A program made the translations under genes and the position numbers. A DNA stretch of 64,000 bases from an uncultured Gemmatimonadales bacterium (GTDB lineage: Bacteria; Gemmatimonadota; Gemmatimonadetes; Gemmatimonadales; GWC2-71-9): NCBI GenBank assembly GCA_963779755.1, contig CAVZZO010000003.1, positions 1,756,782-1,820,781 on the forward strand, given 5' to 3'. Positions 39,886 through 50,720 of the stretch are shown here, one piece after another (position 1 is the stretch's first letter; every line of letters starts with the position of its first letter). The notes beneath the pieces are model-generated. The model was not told the origin of the DNA. It saw nothing but the letters and a program-made list of their open reading frames with translations, and made no database searches.

Positions 39886-40673
39886 CTAACCCGGCTTGAC
39901 CGCCGTCATCATCACCGCCTTCACACCGTACGACTCCGCGGCGTCCTGGGTCGAGGCCTTGCGGAAGCGGAAGCCTGGTACCACCGCCGAGCGCACCTTC
40001 GTCAGGCCGGCCTGCTCCAGGAGCGCAAACATCTCTCCCTCCGGGAGAGCGCCTCCGATTCAGCTGGCCCAGAGCTTGGGATCATTGACGATGGACTGCG
40101 ACAGCTGCTTCGCGCTCACGATATCGGTGATGGAGATCCTGCCGCCGGGCTTCAGCACCCGGGCCATTTCCTGAGTGACCCGCCGCTTCCGGAGCGAGAG
40201 GTTGATCACGCCGTTGGAGATGATCACGTCCACCGAGGCATCCGGCAGCGGGATCTGTTCCATGCTACCCGCTCGGCATTCGAAGCGCTCGTCGCCGGCG
40301 CCCACGTGATCCCGGGCCTTGGCGCACATCCCGGGTTCAGGTCCACCCCGATCACCTTGCCCCCGGGGCCGACCTGCCAGGACGCGATGAGCGCGTCGAG
40401 CCCCGCCCCGCTGCCGAGGTCGAGCACCACTTCACCGGGCTGAAGGGCGGAGCGGAGGTGCGGATTGCCCACACCGGCAAACGAAGCCACCGCCCCATCG
40501 GGCGCACGGTCCAGCCAGGAGCGATCGTACCCGAAGAGTTCGGCCGCCTCCCGTCCGTGGAAGAAATGAAATTCCCCCTCAGGATGTTCGGCGACCTCCT
40601 GATACATGCGGAGGATCTCATCCTTGAGGGTAGCCTCGAGAGATTCCCGGGTTGGGGTGGTGGTGGACATCAT
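39886..40673 (-). CDS. ArsM-like SAM methyltransferase, probable selenoprotein (UGA 40062-40060; frameshift near 40330)
   Basis: FAGVGNP, LDLGSGAGLD, DVIISNGVINL, LWAS-UGA-IGGAL; frame stays open to TAG 39886. Confidence 0.8.
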
Positions 40674-40945
40674 GCCTCCTGCTGAGGGCGTTTTACCTGA
40701 CGACCTGTTGGAAGGGTCCTGGCGCATAATGAGGCCTGTGCACGCGTCCGTCCACCCCGGATTTGTTCGAAGCGTCTACTCACCCGGAGGACGCAGGAGG
40801 CGCCGAGGTGCGCGGCCGAGCCCGGCTTCAGCCGGGGGGCCCTAGCACTCGCGCGCTGCAGGGATAAGCTCTACAGATAGCCGATCCGATGTGGTCTCTC
40901 AGTCGCCCCGCCAGAGATTCGGCCGCCGCATCGCGGCGACCCCCA

Positions 40946-43264
40946 TCAGGTCCCGGTCAACCGACTGGCCAATGCGAGAAACCGGGGTTCCTTCCGGAGC
41001 GGCGCCAGTCGGGGATCGATCAGCAGGTACGCCAGCACCGTCGAACGCTCCTCGTACGCCCGTTCCAGCCCGCGCAGCGCCATGTCCCGCTCGCCCAGGC
41101 CGGCGTAGACCAGGGCGACAAAGTAGGACGACACGTAGCTCGTGTCGGACTGCGCCTGCAGATCGGCGAGCATCTGGCGCGCGCGTGCCGGCTGTCCAGC
41201 TACCCCGTAGGCATGCGCCAGCGATGACCGCCGATTGGGGCTGTCGCCGCCGAGCCGCTCGAGGATCGCGATCGCGTCCGCCATCCGGCCCTGCTGTTCC
41301 TCCACCAGGGCGAGTCCCCACAGAGCCAGGGTGTTACTCGAGTCTCCCCGCAGCACCGCGCGCAGCGACCGCTCGGCGTCATCGTACCGGCCGGCGAAGT
41401 AGTCGAGAAGCGCGCGATTCGGCGGCAGCGAGGTGTCCAGCGGATCCAGCTCCTCGGCGCGGCCAACCTCCGCAATAGCCTCGTCCAGCCGGCGGCGAGA
41501 CGCGAGGAAGCGACCGTACGACATGTAGGCATCGGCGTAGCTGGGCTGCAGCTCGAGCGCCCGCCGGAACTCGGCCTCGGCGGCGCGCCAGTCCCAATCG
41601 AAGTATGCCTGCAGGTATGCGTTGATCGCGTGGGCCTCGGCCAGGCCATCGTCCAGTTCCAGCGCACGCGCCAGCGCGGCGCGGGCCTGAGGCAACACGG
41701 CGGCCGGCGCGACATCGGTCGCGAACGGCAGGGTGACGTAGTAGTTCGCCACCCCGACATAGGGCGGCGCCCAGTCCGGCGCCAGGCGGCTGGCTTCCTC
41801 GAACAGCGTGTGCGCCCGCTCGAGCTCGCCCTGCCCGAGGGAGAACCGGCCGCGCAGATAGGCCTCGTAGGCGCGCTGGTCCACCGGTTGGCGGACGGCG
41901 AGCCGGCGGCGTTCGCCGCTGGCCAGCCGCGCGCCCAGGGCCCGGCCGACATCCGTGGTGATCTGCCGCTGAAGATCCGGAAGCTCGCCCAGACGGCGCC
42001 GGTAGTCCCGTGCGAAGATCTGCTTCTCCTCCGGGACGCGCTGCAGCCGCACCGTAACCAGCACGCTGTCGCCCGAGCGGCTGACGGATCCCTGCAGCAC
42101 CGCCTGCACGCCGAGCGCTCCCGCGATCTCGGCGGGGGAACGGGTCATCTGCTGTACCGTGGCGGCCGACGCGCGGGAGATCACCTTCAGGGTTCCGATC
42201 GCCGCGAGGTCGGTCACCAGGCCGTCCGTCACTCCGTCCGCCAGGTACGAGGAGTCGGGACTGGCACCGGGATCCTGGAAGGGCAGCACCGCGACGGCGG
42301 AGATGCCATGAGACGCGCTGAAAAGAGTCCGTCCCCGCGCGACGCCCCACAACACCGCCACCGCCAGCGCCACCGCCACCACGGCAGTGGCCCACCGCGG
42401 CCAGAGAACCCGGCGGTCGCCGCGGGCGGGCGGCGGACCCGCACCCTCGAGCGCCTCCAGGAACTGCTGCATTGTCGCAAAGCGCAGGGACGGGTCCTTG
42501 GCCATGCCGCGCGCAACGGCCCCGTCCACCACGCGCGGCACCTCGGGCCGCGTGGCGATCAGGCTCGGCACCGGGTCAACCGAATGCTGGGCGATGAGCG
42601 CCAGCGCGGTCTCGCCAGTATACGGCGGCCGCCCGCTCAAGGCCTCATACAGAGTGCAGGCAAGGCTGTACTGGTCGCAGCGGCCGTCGAGCGCCGTACC
42701 GGTCGCCTGCTCCGGACTCATGTATTGCGGCGTGCCGATGGCGAGGCCGGTCTGGGTGAGCCGGTCAGCACCCGCCGCCTGGACCGCGCGGGCGATGCCG
42801 AAGTCGGCGACCAGGGCCTGGTCGCCCACCAGCATCACATTCTCTGGTTTGATGTCCCGGTGGATGATGCCACGCTCGTGGGAATACTGGAGCGCCGAGG
42901 CCACGTCGCGGCCGATGCCCAGCGCAACCGCGAGCGGCAGCCTGGTCTCGCGCTGGAGGCGCTGCCGCAGGGATTCGCCCTCGACGAACGCCATCACATA
43001 GTACAGCAGCCCGTTCCCCTCGCCCGAGTCGTAGAGCGGCACGATATGGGGATGCTGGAGGCCGGCGGCGATGCGGATCTCACGCAGGAAGCGGTCTCCG
43101 CCCAGAACGGCCGACAGCTCGGGGCGCAGAACCTTCACCGCCACCCGCCGGTCGTGTTTCAGGTCCTGGGCGAGGAAAACGACCGCCATGCCTCCCTGGC
43201 CGAGCTCACGCTCGACCCGGTACCGGCCGGTAAGGGCCGCAGCCAGCTGCTGGTGCAGGTCCAT
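40946..43264 (-). CDS. Hanks-type Ser/Thr kinase-TM-TolB_N-TPR
   Basis: GQGGMAVVF, HRDIKPEN, DFG, VAVLPFQ. Confidence 0.92.
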   Translation of the reverse strand: MDLHQQLAAALTGRYRVERELGQGGMAVVFLAQDLKHDRRVAVKVLRPELSAVLGGDRFLREIRIAAGLQHPHIVPLYDSGEGNGLLYYVMAFVEGESLRQRLQRETRLPLAVALGIGRDVASALQYSHERGIIHRDIKPENVMLVGDQALVADFGIARAVQAAGADRLTQTGLAIGTPQYMSPEQATGTALDGRCDQYSLACTLYEALSGRPPYTGETALALIAQHSVDPVPSLIATRPEVPRVVDGAVARGMAKDPSLRFATMQQFLEALEGAGPPPARGDRRVLWPRWATAVVAVALAVAVLWGVARGRTLFSASHGISAVAVLPFQDPGASPDSSYLADGVTDGLVTDLAAIGTLKVISRASAATVQQMTRSPAEIAGALGVQAVLQGSVSRSGDSVLVTVRLQRVPEEKQIFARDYRRRLGELPDLQRQITTDVGRALGARLASGERRRLAVRQPVDQRAYEAYLRGRFSLGQGELERAHTLFEEASRLAPDWAPPYVGVANYYVTLPFATDVAPAAVLPQARAALARALELDDGLAEAHAINAYLQAYFDWDWRAAEAEFRRALELQPSYADAYMSYGRFLASRRRLDEAIAEVGRAEELDPLDTSLPPNRALLDYFAGRYDDAERSLRAVLRGDSSNTLALWGLALVEEQQGRMADAIAILERLGGDSPNRRSSLAHAYGVAGQPARARQMLADLQAQSDTSYVSSYFVALVYAGLGERDMALRGLERAYEERSTVLAYLLIDPRLAPLRKEPRFLALASRLTGT

Positions 43265-43584
43265 GATGACGGGGACGGGTTGGTCCAGCCATGACCTGGA
43301 AACGATCCCACGGCTCGGGCCGGGGGAACACGTCCTCTATGGTATGTCCCGACCCGGGACTGCGCCACGGGGACGGCCCGAGACTACCCCCTGGGTGCTG
43401 GTTGCTGGGCCCGGGCAACCATCGTCATGGAGGAAAGAAGGACGAGCAGGGCCGCCGTCAGGGCGCGGGGTGGCGAAATATCGCGCACATACCGCATGGC
43501 ATCTCCCCGGAACGGGTCGGATTGGATCGTGCGGAAAGCTCTACCGCCGAGCCGTGTCTGATTATACGGGGGAGACCGGCCGCG

Positions 43585-45261
43585 CTACTGCGCCAGCACC
43601 TGGTGCACCGCGGCGATTGCCACGGATCCTTCGCCCACGGCGGACGCCACCCGCTTCACGCTCCCTGCGCGGACATCGCCCACGGCGAAGACGCCGGGAC
43701 GGCTGGTCTCGAGCAGGTGTGGCGGGCGCGCCAGCGGCCACCCCGCGACCGCGAGATCTTCCGGCTTCAGGTCCGCTCCCGTCTTGAGGAACCCCTTCTC
43801 GTCCAGCGCCAGGCATTGCCCCAGCCAGCCCGTGCCCGGCACCGCGCCGGTCATGGAGAACACATGCCGGACGGGTTGCGTTTCGACCTGCCCCGTCGCT
43901 TTGTCCCGCCAGGCGAGGCTCTCGAGATGATGGTCGCCGTGGAGGGTCACGACCTCGGTGTGCGGGTGCCGCTCGATCCGGGGATGATCCTCGATACGGC
44001 GGACCAGATAGCGGGACATCGTCTCGCTCAGACCGGCAGAACGGATAACCATGTGCACCCGCCGGGCGGTCTCCGCGAGAAACACGGCCGCCTGCCCGGC
44101 GGAGTTGCCGCCGCCAATCACCACAACCTCCTCGCCGGAACAGAGCTGGGCTTCCATGGGGGTAGCCGCGTAGTAGACGCCGGTGCCTTCGAACCGCTGG
44201 AGCCCCTCCAGGGGAAGACGACGGTACTGGGCCCCGCTGGCAATGACGACCGACCGGGTGGAGATGGAGCGCCCGTCCCCGATCTCCGGCGTATAGGGCT
44301 GCCGCGAACAGTCCAGCCGGGAGGCACTGGAGGCGATCATGAACTGGGCACCGAATCGAAGCGCCTGGTTGTGTGCGCGCGCCGCAAGCTCCTGACCGGA
44401 GATCCCGGTGGGAAAGCCCAGGTAGTTTTCGATGCGTGAGCTGGTGCCCGCCTGCCCGCCCGCCGCGGTCGCCTCCAGCACCAGCACGTCGAGTCCTTCG
44501 GACGCGGAATACACCGCGGCCGCGAGACCAGCCGGCCCGGCCCCCACGACGATCACATCCCAGGTTCGTGAGGGCTCGATCACGTCGTTCAGGCCCAGGC
44601 AGTCGGCGATCTGCCCATTGCCGGGGTTCCGCAGGACGGTGATACCGTAGCAGATGATCACGGGGATATCCTCGGCGCCGACCTGGAAGCGGTCGAGCAT
44701 TTCCTGCACCCCGGCATCCCGGTCGAGGTCGAGCATGGTGTAGGGATAGCCGTTCCGCGTGAGGAACTCCCGCACGCGCAGCGTGCCCTGGCAGTGTGTC
44801 GAGCCCAGCAGCACCAGGTCGCCCGCCCGGTTGGCGACCGCCCGGGCGCGCCGTAGCACGAAGGCGCGCATCAGCAGCTCGCTCAGCTCCCCGTCCATCT
44901 GAATCAGCCGCAGCAGCTCGGCGCGGCTGACTTCGATGACCTCGCCCGGCTGGGCCACCCGGAGGTCCACCAGGGCGCGCCCGCCGGTGAGCATCGTGGC
45001 CTCGCCGGTGAACATCCCGGGGCCGACCTCCAGCACCAGCGCGGGCGTCCCCGGCGACCCGAAGGTCGCCCCGATACGTCCGCTCACCACGACATGGAAA
45101 AATGCCGGACGGTCTCCTGCCTGCTGCAGAACCTCACCCCGCTGTACCGGCCGCCGGTTTCCCAGCTCGGCGATGCGCTGGATCTGCGCGGCGGTCAGCA
45201 CCGGGAAGGCGGGATCAACCGGCGCCGGGAGCGCATTCAGATCGGGGGGTTCGGCGGGCAC
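43585..45261 (-). CDS. cNMP-binding-domain thioredoxin-reductase-like flavoprotein
   Basis: GAGPAG, GGQAGTSSRIENYLGFP, GGGNSA, FAVGDVR. Confidence 0.9.
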   Translation of the reverse strand: MPAEPPDLNALPAPVDPAFPVLTAAQIQRIAELGNRRPVQRGEVLQQAGDRPAFFHVVVSGRIGATFGSPGTPALVLEVGPGMFTGEATMLTGGRALVDLRVAQPGEVIEVSRAELLRLIQMDGELSELLMRAFVLRRARAVANRAGDLVLLGSTHCQGTLRVREFLTRNGYPYTMLDLDRDAGVQEMLDRFQVGAEDIPVIICYGITVLRNPGNGQIADCLGLNDVIEPSRTWDVIVVGAGPAGLAAAVYSASEGLDVLVLEATAAGGQAGTSSRIENYLGFPTGISGQELAARAHNQALRFGAQFMIASSASRLDCSRQPYTPEIGDGRSISTRSVVIASGAQYRRLPLEGLQRFEGTGVYYAATPMEAQLCSGEEVVVIGGGNSAGQAAVFLAETARRVHMVIRSAGLSETMSRYLVRRIEDHPRIERHPHTEVVTLHGDHHLESLAWRDKATGQVETQPVRHVFSMTGAVPGTGWLGQCLALDEKGFLKTGADLKPEDLAVAGWPLARPPHLLETSRPGVFAVGDVRAGSVKRVASAVGEGSVAIAAVHQVLAQ

Positions 45262-45320
45262 CTTGTCTTCTCCTTATGGAGTTCTACCGCCAGTGCACCA
45301 CGGCCCGGGCATCCGGTTCC

Positions 45321-45689
45321 TCAGGCGCCCGCCTGCGCGCAGGTGCGCGCCCACGGAACGATCTCCAGCCGCTCCAGGGGAATCGGCCGGCCGGTATCCT
45401 CGCAGATGCCGAAGCGTTCGGGGTGCCGGTACAGCCGGTCCAGCGCCGCATCGATCTCGTCCAGCTCGCGCGACATGCGGTCGGCATTGGCCGTTTCCAC
45501 CTCGTCCTCGAACGTGTCGGTCCCCCGGTCGGCCATGTGAGACGGGAAGGCGGACAGGTCGCCCGCGCGTTCCTGCTCATCCGCTCCCGATTGGTCGGCG
45601 ACGGCGAGGCCCAGGTCGCGCCGCAGGCGATCGCGTTCCTCCTGAAGCCGGTGCTCGAAATGGCGGCGTTGTGCTTCGCTGAGCGGCAT
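45321..45689 (-). CDS. TraR/DksA-family protein, two-Cys variant
   Basis: HMADRGTD, EIDAALDRL, FGICEDTGRPIPLERLEIVPWARTC. Confidence 0.85.
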   Translation of the reverse strand: MPLSEAQRRHFEHRLQEERDRLRRDLGLAVADQSGADEQERAGDLSAFPSHMADRGTDTFEDEVETANADRMSRELDEIDAALDRLYRHPERFGICEDTGRPIPLERLEIVPWARTCAQAGA

Positions 45690-45838
45690 GAGTCCCCCTC
45701 GCGGTGGGTGGCGATACTGGAACAATACCCGGCCCGCCGGCCACCAGGAACAGCGGCCCGCCTTGCCCCACCAAGGATTGACCCTGGCCGAGGCGTCATC
45801 CCAGATTCGCGGGGACATCACCCCGGATCTCCGGTCCC

Positions 45839-47698
45839 ATGCACAGCGACGCGCCCGGCCCCCGCCTGTCCCCTCCGGTCGACACCACCCGGGACCATAT
45901 CTCGGGGCCGGTGGAGGCGCCGGCCACGCTGGTCGAGTTCGGCGATTACGAGTGCCCCTACTGCGGCCGGGCGCATCGCGGCATCATCCGCCTGCGGGAC
46001 GAACGCCTGCCGGGGCAGCTGCGCTATGTCTTCCGCCACCTGCCCCATCCCCGCATCCATCCCCACGCCCAGCTTGCCGCGGAAGCGGCGGAAGCCGCGG
46101 CGGCGCAGGGCAAGTTCTGGGAAATGCACGACTGGCTCTTCACCCACCAGAACGACCTTCACCGGGAAGGTCTGATCGCGGGCGCCGGCGCGATCGGCCT
46201 CGATGTCGCGCGATTCACCGGCGATCTCGACACCCACCGCTTCGGGGACCGCGTCCGGGAAGATGTGGACAGCGCGGCCCGGAGCGGCGCCCGGGCGACC
46301 CCGACGTTCTACGTGGAGGACCGGCGCTACGACGGTCCCTGGGATGCCGAGTCCGTACTCGAGGCCATCCGCAAACCGCTGGGCTGGCGGCTGCGCTTCC
46401 TCGCGCAGCAGTTCGCCGGACTCTCGATTTCGAGCGGGTTGCTCATGCTGCTCGCTGTCCTGCTGGCGCTGGGATGGGCGAACTCGCCCTGGGGCGACAG
46501 CTATCATCGCCTGTGGGCCACCGTCGCCGGCACCAGGATGGGCGGGCTGAACCTGGCCCTCCCGCTGCGCGAGTGGGTCAACGACGGGCTCATCGTCATC
46601 TTCTTCCTGGTGGTGGCGCTGGAGATCCGGCAGGAAATCACCGCCGGCGAGCTGCGCACCGCGCGCCGGGCGGCGCTGCCGATCGCGGCGGCGCTCCTGG
46701 GCATGCTCTTCCCCGGGCTCATCTACCTCCTCTTCAATCACGGCGACCCCGCAGCCCACGGCTGGGGCGTCCCGATCGGGACCGACACCGCACTCGCCCT
46801 GGGCATCATGGCGATCCTGGGATCCCGCGTGCCGCTGGCCGTTGCGCGTGTTCGTCGCCGCGGCGGCGGTGGTGGACGACGTCGGTTCGCTCCTGGTCAT
46901 CGCGGTGTTCTATACCGGGCATGTCGCGATCGCCCGGCTCCTCATTGCCCTCGCGCTGTGGCTGCTGGCGCTTGGCCTCAACCGCGCGCGGGTGTACCGG
47001 ACGCTGCCCTACGCCGTGATTGGGGTGCTCCTCTGGCTGGCGGTGCTGGGCTCCGGCGTCCACCCGACGCTGGCGGGCGTGCTGATGGCGTTCGTGATCC
47101 CCAGCCGCCGGCCACCCAATACCGGCACCCTGCTGGAACAGTCGCAGTCCCTGCTAGCTGAGCATGGAGGCGCCCACCATGGGAAAACCGAGCCCGGCAA
47201 CATACACGGGCCGCCGTGCGTGCGCTGGAAGAGGTGGTTGACCGCCTGCTGTCTCCCGCGCAGCGGCTCACCCGGAACGTGCAGCCGTGGTCGGCCTATC
47301 TGGTGCTGCCGGTGTTCGCCTTCGCGAATGCGGGGATCGCGCTGCGGCTCCATGTCCAGGAGCTGCTCCAGCCAATCAGCCTCGGCATCTTCCTGGGCCT
47401 GGTCGTGGGAAAACCACTGGGGATCTCGCTCGGCGCCTGGCTGGCGACCCGGCTTGGCGTCGCCACCAAGCCCGACGAGATCGCCTGGCAGCAGCTGGTG
47501 GGCGCGTCGGTGCTCTGCGGCATCGGGTTCACCGTCGCGTTCTTCGTGGCGGACATCACGTTCCAGGACCCGCCCACGCTGGCGCTGGTCAAGACCAGTG
47601 TGCTGGTGGCGTCGCTGGTGGCGGGTGTAGCGGGGTGGCTGATCCTGCGCTCGGCGTGGGGACGGGGTTCGAGCGAGCGGACGGCGCCGGCGGAGTAG
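45839..47698 (+). CDS. nhaA: DsbA/thioredoxin-NhaA Na+/H+ antiporter fusion, frameshifts near 46843 and 47160-47215
   Basis: FGDYECPYC; WVNDGL..FFLVVALE, VVDD, FAFANAG, VVGKPLGI, GIGFT. Confidence 0.82.
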
Positions 47699-47727
47699 CC
47701 TCTGGCAGCAGGGGAACAGCAGGTTCC

Positions 47728-49398
47728 TCACGGCCTCCGCCGGAGGGTGACCGTCCAGAGCGGCGCCCACTCTCCCGAGGAGGATCGAACGGCCGTCTCG
47801 AACTCCACGCTATCTCCGGCTATCCGGCTCCAGCGAGTCCGCACCCGGCGGCTGGTCGAGTCGGCGCTTTCCGTGGTCTCCAGCAGGGCGGTAGTGCCGT
47901 CCACCGATCCCTCGAGTCGCTCGATGATCCCCTGCCGGTTGTCGAGCCGGTACTCCACCCAGCGGCGCAGATCGGGCTGGAAGGTCCGGACCCGGTAGAC
48001 CTTCACGGCCCGAGCCCCCTCGCCCAGGGTGAGGAAATCCATCTGGCCGCAGCCATTCAGGATCTCGTAGGATCGAGCCCGGGCGGGCACCGTATCTCCC
48101 GCGGCCAGGATCGCCTCTCCCTGCCACTCGCCCAGCCAGGCGTCCATCCCGTGGATTTCAGGATATGTGCAGCGGTCCCGCAGTTGGGTGGGGCCGTTCA
48201 GCAACGGGTCGGCCAGGGAGTCCCTCCGGGTGAACTCCATGATCCAGCTGCCGGCCCAGGTCTGTCCTCTGTCCCGGGAGACGCCGTCGTTCCAGCGGAG
48301 GGAATTGGGCGTGATGTCAGAAAAGCTGAAACGGACCTGCACCGGGTTCCCGGCCGTATCGGTGAAGGTGCGGAGGAAGTCGCCCCGGCCGTCGCGGAAG
48401 TCGCCCTCCAGGGTGAAGAAGCGGGGCTGCTCCGGTCGAGGCCAGAGGAGCACCAGGTCCCACTTGTGCTTGTGCGGATTCCAGACCCGCAGACTGTAGC
48501 CGAGTACCTGGCCCTGGGCCGCGGTGCCAAGCCAATGCTCCACCATCCCGCACCCGTCCGCCACCGGATAGACCCGGTCGGTGGCATGCCCCGTGATCCC
48601 CCATTCGGTTCCCTGGGGGCGGCGCTGGCGGTTCACCACATCCCATTGGCCGATCCAGAAATCGAACTGCCGGTAGGCGGGATCCCGGCAGGGAGCGGCG
48701 GTGGAAGACGCAGGCGCATTCCTCAGGGAATCCGCCCGCCGCCGCTTCAGCCACGCCGCCACCGACACCTCGGGCGACGCCAGCATGATCATGTAGGCCT
48801 GGGGTCCCTGGTAGGCGATGAAGGGCAGGCCGCTGGAAAAGTCGCCGTTGTAGCCGATGTCCTCGTTGGTGAGGTTGGGCGCGTAGAACATCACGTGGGG
48901 TGGGAACGGCGCCAGCTTGCCGGTCCGGTAGACGTACTGCTCGGTGCTGTCGGACAGCATGTAGGCGATACCGGGGCGGCGGGGCGAGATGTAGGTGCCG
49001 TCCCGGAACCCCCGGGCGATGATCCTGCTGATGGAATCCGGGGTGATGCCTTGCAGCAGCAGCTCGCCCCAGCGCCGCACCACCGGCAAGATGGTCGCCG
49101 TGCCCTCGGCGTCCCAGCAGGTGGGTTTGCGGGCCAGCGGGTGATCCCGGTTCACGGCGCAGGTGAAGCCGTTGGACGAGTTGCGTACTTCCACCCAGCC
49201 GCTGGACTGGAGCGCCCATACGCCGGCGCCGTCCCGCAGGTTGGGTGGCGCCGCGCTCAGGGCGAGGGCGACCTCGGCCTGGAGCGGGAGGAGGCGCACC
49301 GGCTGCTGGGCTCGGGCGCCGGCGGGTACAAGGGAAAGAAGGAAGAGAAGGGCCATCCCCGCCGCGGCAGAGGACGGTATCTCGCGCACGTGCCGCAT
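47728..49398 (-). CDS. Secreted multidomain hypothetical protein
   Basis: Signal peptide; duplicated C-terminal module (RQFDFWIGQW and HGMDAWLGEW). Confidence 0.7.
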   Translation of the reverse strand: MRHVREIPSSAAAGMALLFLLSLVPAGARAQQPVRLLPLQAEVALALSAAPPNLRDGAGVWALQSSGWVEVRNSSNGFTCAVNRDHPLARKPTCWDAEGTATILPVVRRWGELLLQGITPDSISRIIARGFRDGTYISPRRPGIAYMLSDSTEQYVYRTGKLAPFPPHVMFYAPNLTNEDIGYNGDFSSGLPFIAYQGPQAYMIMLASPEVSVAAWLKRRRADSLRNAPASSTAAPCRDPAYRQFDFWIGQWDVVNRQRRPQGTEWGITGHATDRVYPVADGCGMVEHWLGTAAQGQVLGYSLRVWNPHKHKWDLVLLWPRPEQPRFFTLEGDFRDGRGDFLRTFTDTAGNPVQVRFSFSDITPNSLRWNDGVSRDRGQTWAGSWIMEFTRRDSLADPLLNGPTQLRDRCTYPEIHGMDAWLGEWQGEAILAAGDTVPARARSYEILNGCGQMDFLTLGEGARAVKVYRVRTFQPDLRRWVEYRLDNRQGIIERLEGSVDGTTALLETTESADSTSRRVRTRWSRIAGDSVEFETAVRSSSGEWAPLWTVTLRRRP

Positions 49399-49516
49399 GA
49401 TGCCTCCCCGGACGTGTCGAAATGCACCAAACAGGTGGCTCAGCTCAGTCCTACTCTACGCGGGAGATCCGGGAGAGATTCGACGGGGAGGCAGTCTTGC
49501 CCGAGATCGCCAGATC

Positions 49517-50085
49517 CTAACGAAGCGAGCGTGCTTCGAAGAACACCCACATTTCCCGCGTCGCGTCGATGCTCGCGCTGGTGCGGCCGACATACCACTT
49601 CGGCATCGGCTTGCCGCCGGGCCAGGTGTGCCCGCCGCCCTCGATTGTGTTCAGCACGACGGAAGCGCCTTCGGAGCAATCGGCGTACTCCAGCCGTGAG
49701 ACATCCGGTGCCAGGGTGGATTCGACCGGGCTTTCCCCGCAGCTGTTCCTCGCGGCCCAGCTCGCCATAAAGTCGCGGATAGCGGGGAACACCGGCTTCA
49801 CCGGATTGAACGGATCGCCCAGCCGGCCGCCGGCGTAGGGCACCATCGGGTCGGCGGTGCCGTGGAAGGCGATCACCGGCACCGGCCGGGTGCTTCTGCA
49901 CCAGTCTGCCGGCAGCGCCTGCGCCGGGGCCACCATCCCCACCGCCGCGATCCGGCCGGCCATGGTGCAGGAGAGCACGTACGCCATCCCGCCGCCGTTG
50001 GAGATCCCGTTGGCGTAGATCCGCGCCGAGTCGATCTTGTAGGCGGCCTGGAGCGTGTCTACCAGGTCGGCGATGAAGCGGATGG
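49517..50085 (-). pseudogene. 5'-truncated PHB-depolymerase-like (LpqC-type) esterase
   Basis: GISNGG, FHGTADP, GGGHTWPGG; near-identical to the copy at 53447-54400 but lacks its N-terminus. Confidence 0.8.
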
Positions 50086-50180
50086 TAAGTTGGCGGCCCG
50101 GAGCGAACCTACCGCCGTACCGCCGTACCGCCGGCGGCCGGACGAACCACCAGCTATGCCAGATGCGGAGAGAGCACGCA

Positions 50181-50492
50181 TCAGCTCTCCAGCCGGTACA
50201 CCTCGCGCCGGCCCGATTCCACCAGGTCATGATAGTCCTTCATGATGGCCTCCATTTCCTTCATGACGCCCTCATCCTGCCCGCCGCCCCGCATCATCCG
50301 TTCGAACTCATCCATGCTCTCCACCTCTATTTCGGCCACCACGGTCCAGAATCGTTCGGCCGAGAAGTCGGTCATGACCCGCATCGCCGGCATGCCCATC
50401 TTGGGACCGAGCTTGTTCATGGCCAGGAACTTGTCCACCATCGGGCGCACCTTGCCCGGCTTGCAGAACATGATGTCGCGAACGAGCAGCAT
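50181..50492 (-). CDS. Small hypothetical protein, NIPSNAP/dimeric alpha-beta-barrel-like
   Basis: GGAGG RBS; CKPGK..GRREVY pattern. Confidence 0.65.
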   Translation of the reverse strand: MLLVRDIMFCKPGKVRPMVDKFLAMNKLGPKMGMPAMRVMTDFSAERFWTVVAEIEVESMDEFERMMRGGGQDEGVMKEMEAIMKDYHDLVESGRREVYRLES

Positions 50493-50665
50493 AAGGCCTC
50501 CGGGGTTCCGGGTTGGCAGGAATGGGTCTCGATCGGGCGGCCTGGCGATGATCCCAATCGAGGCGCGGCACCTCGGTAGTCTAGCCCCTCTCCCTGAAAC
50601 CGATCCACCAAGGGTTCCCTGAGCAGGAAAGGCCCGGGTATCCCCGGTGCCCTGCGTCGCTCTGA

Positions 50666-50720
50666 CAACCATCCGGTTGACAAATCTTCCCGGCCATGGT
50701 AACGTAAACCATATGGTTGA
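50666..50720 (+). promoter_or_regulatory. Promoter with two AACC-N4-GGTT operators
   Basis: CAACCATCCGGTTG over the -35 TTGACA; AACCATATGGTT over the start codon. Confidence 0.7.
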
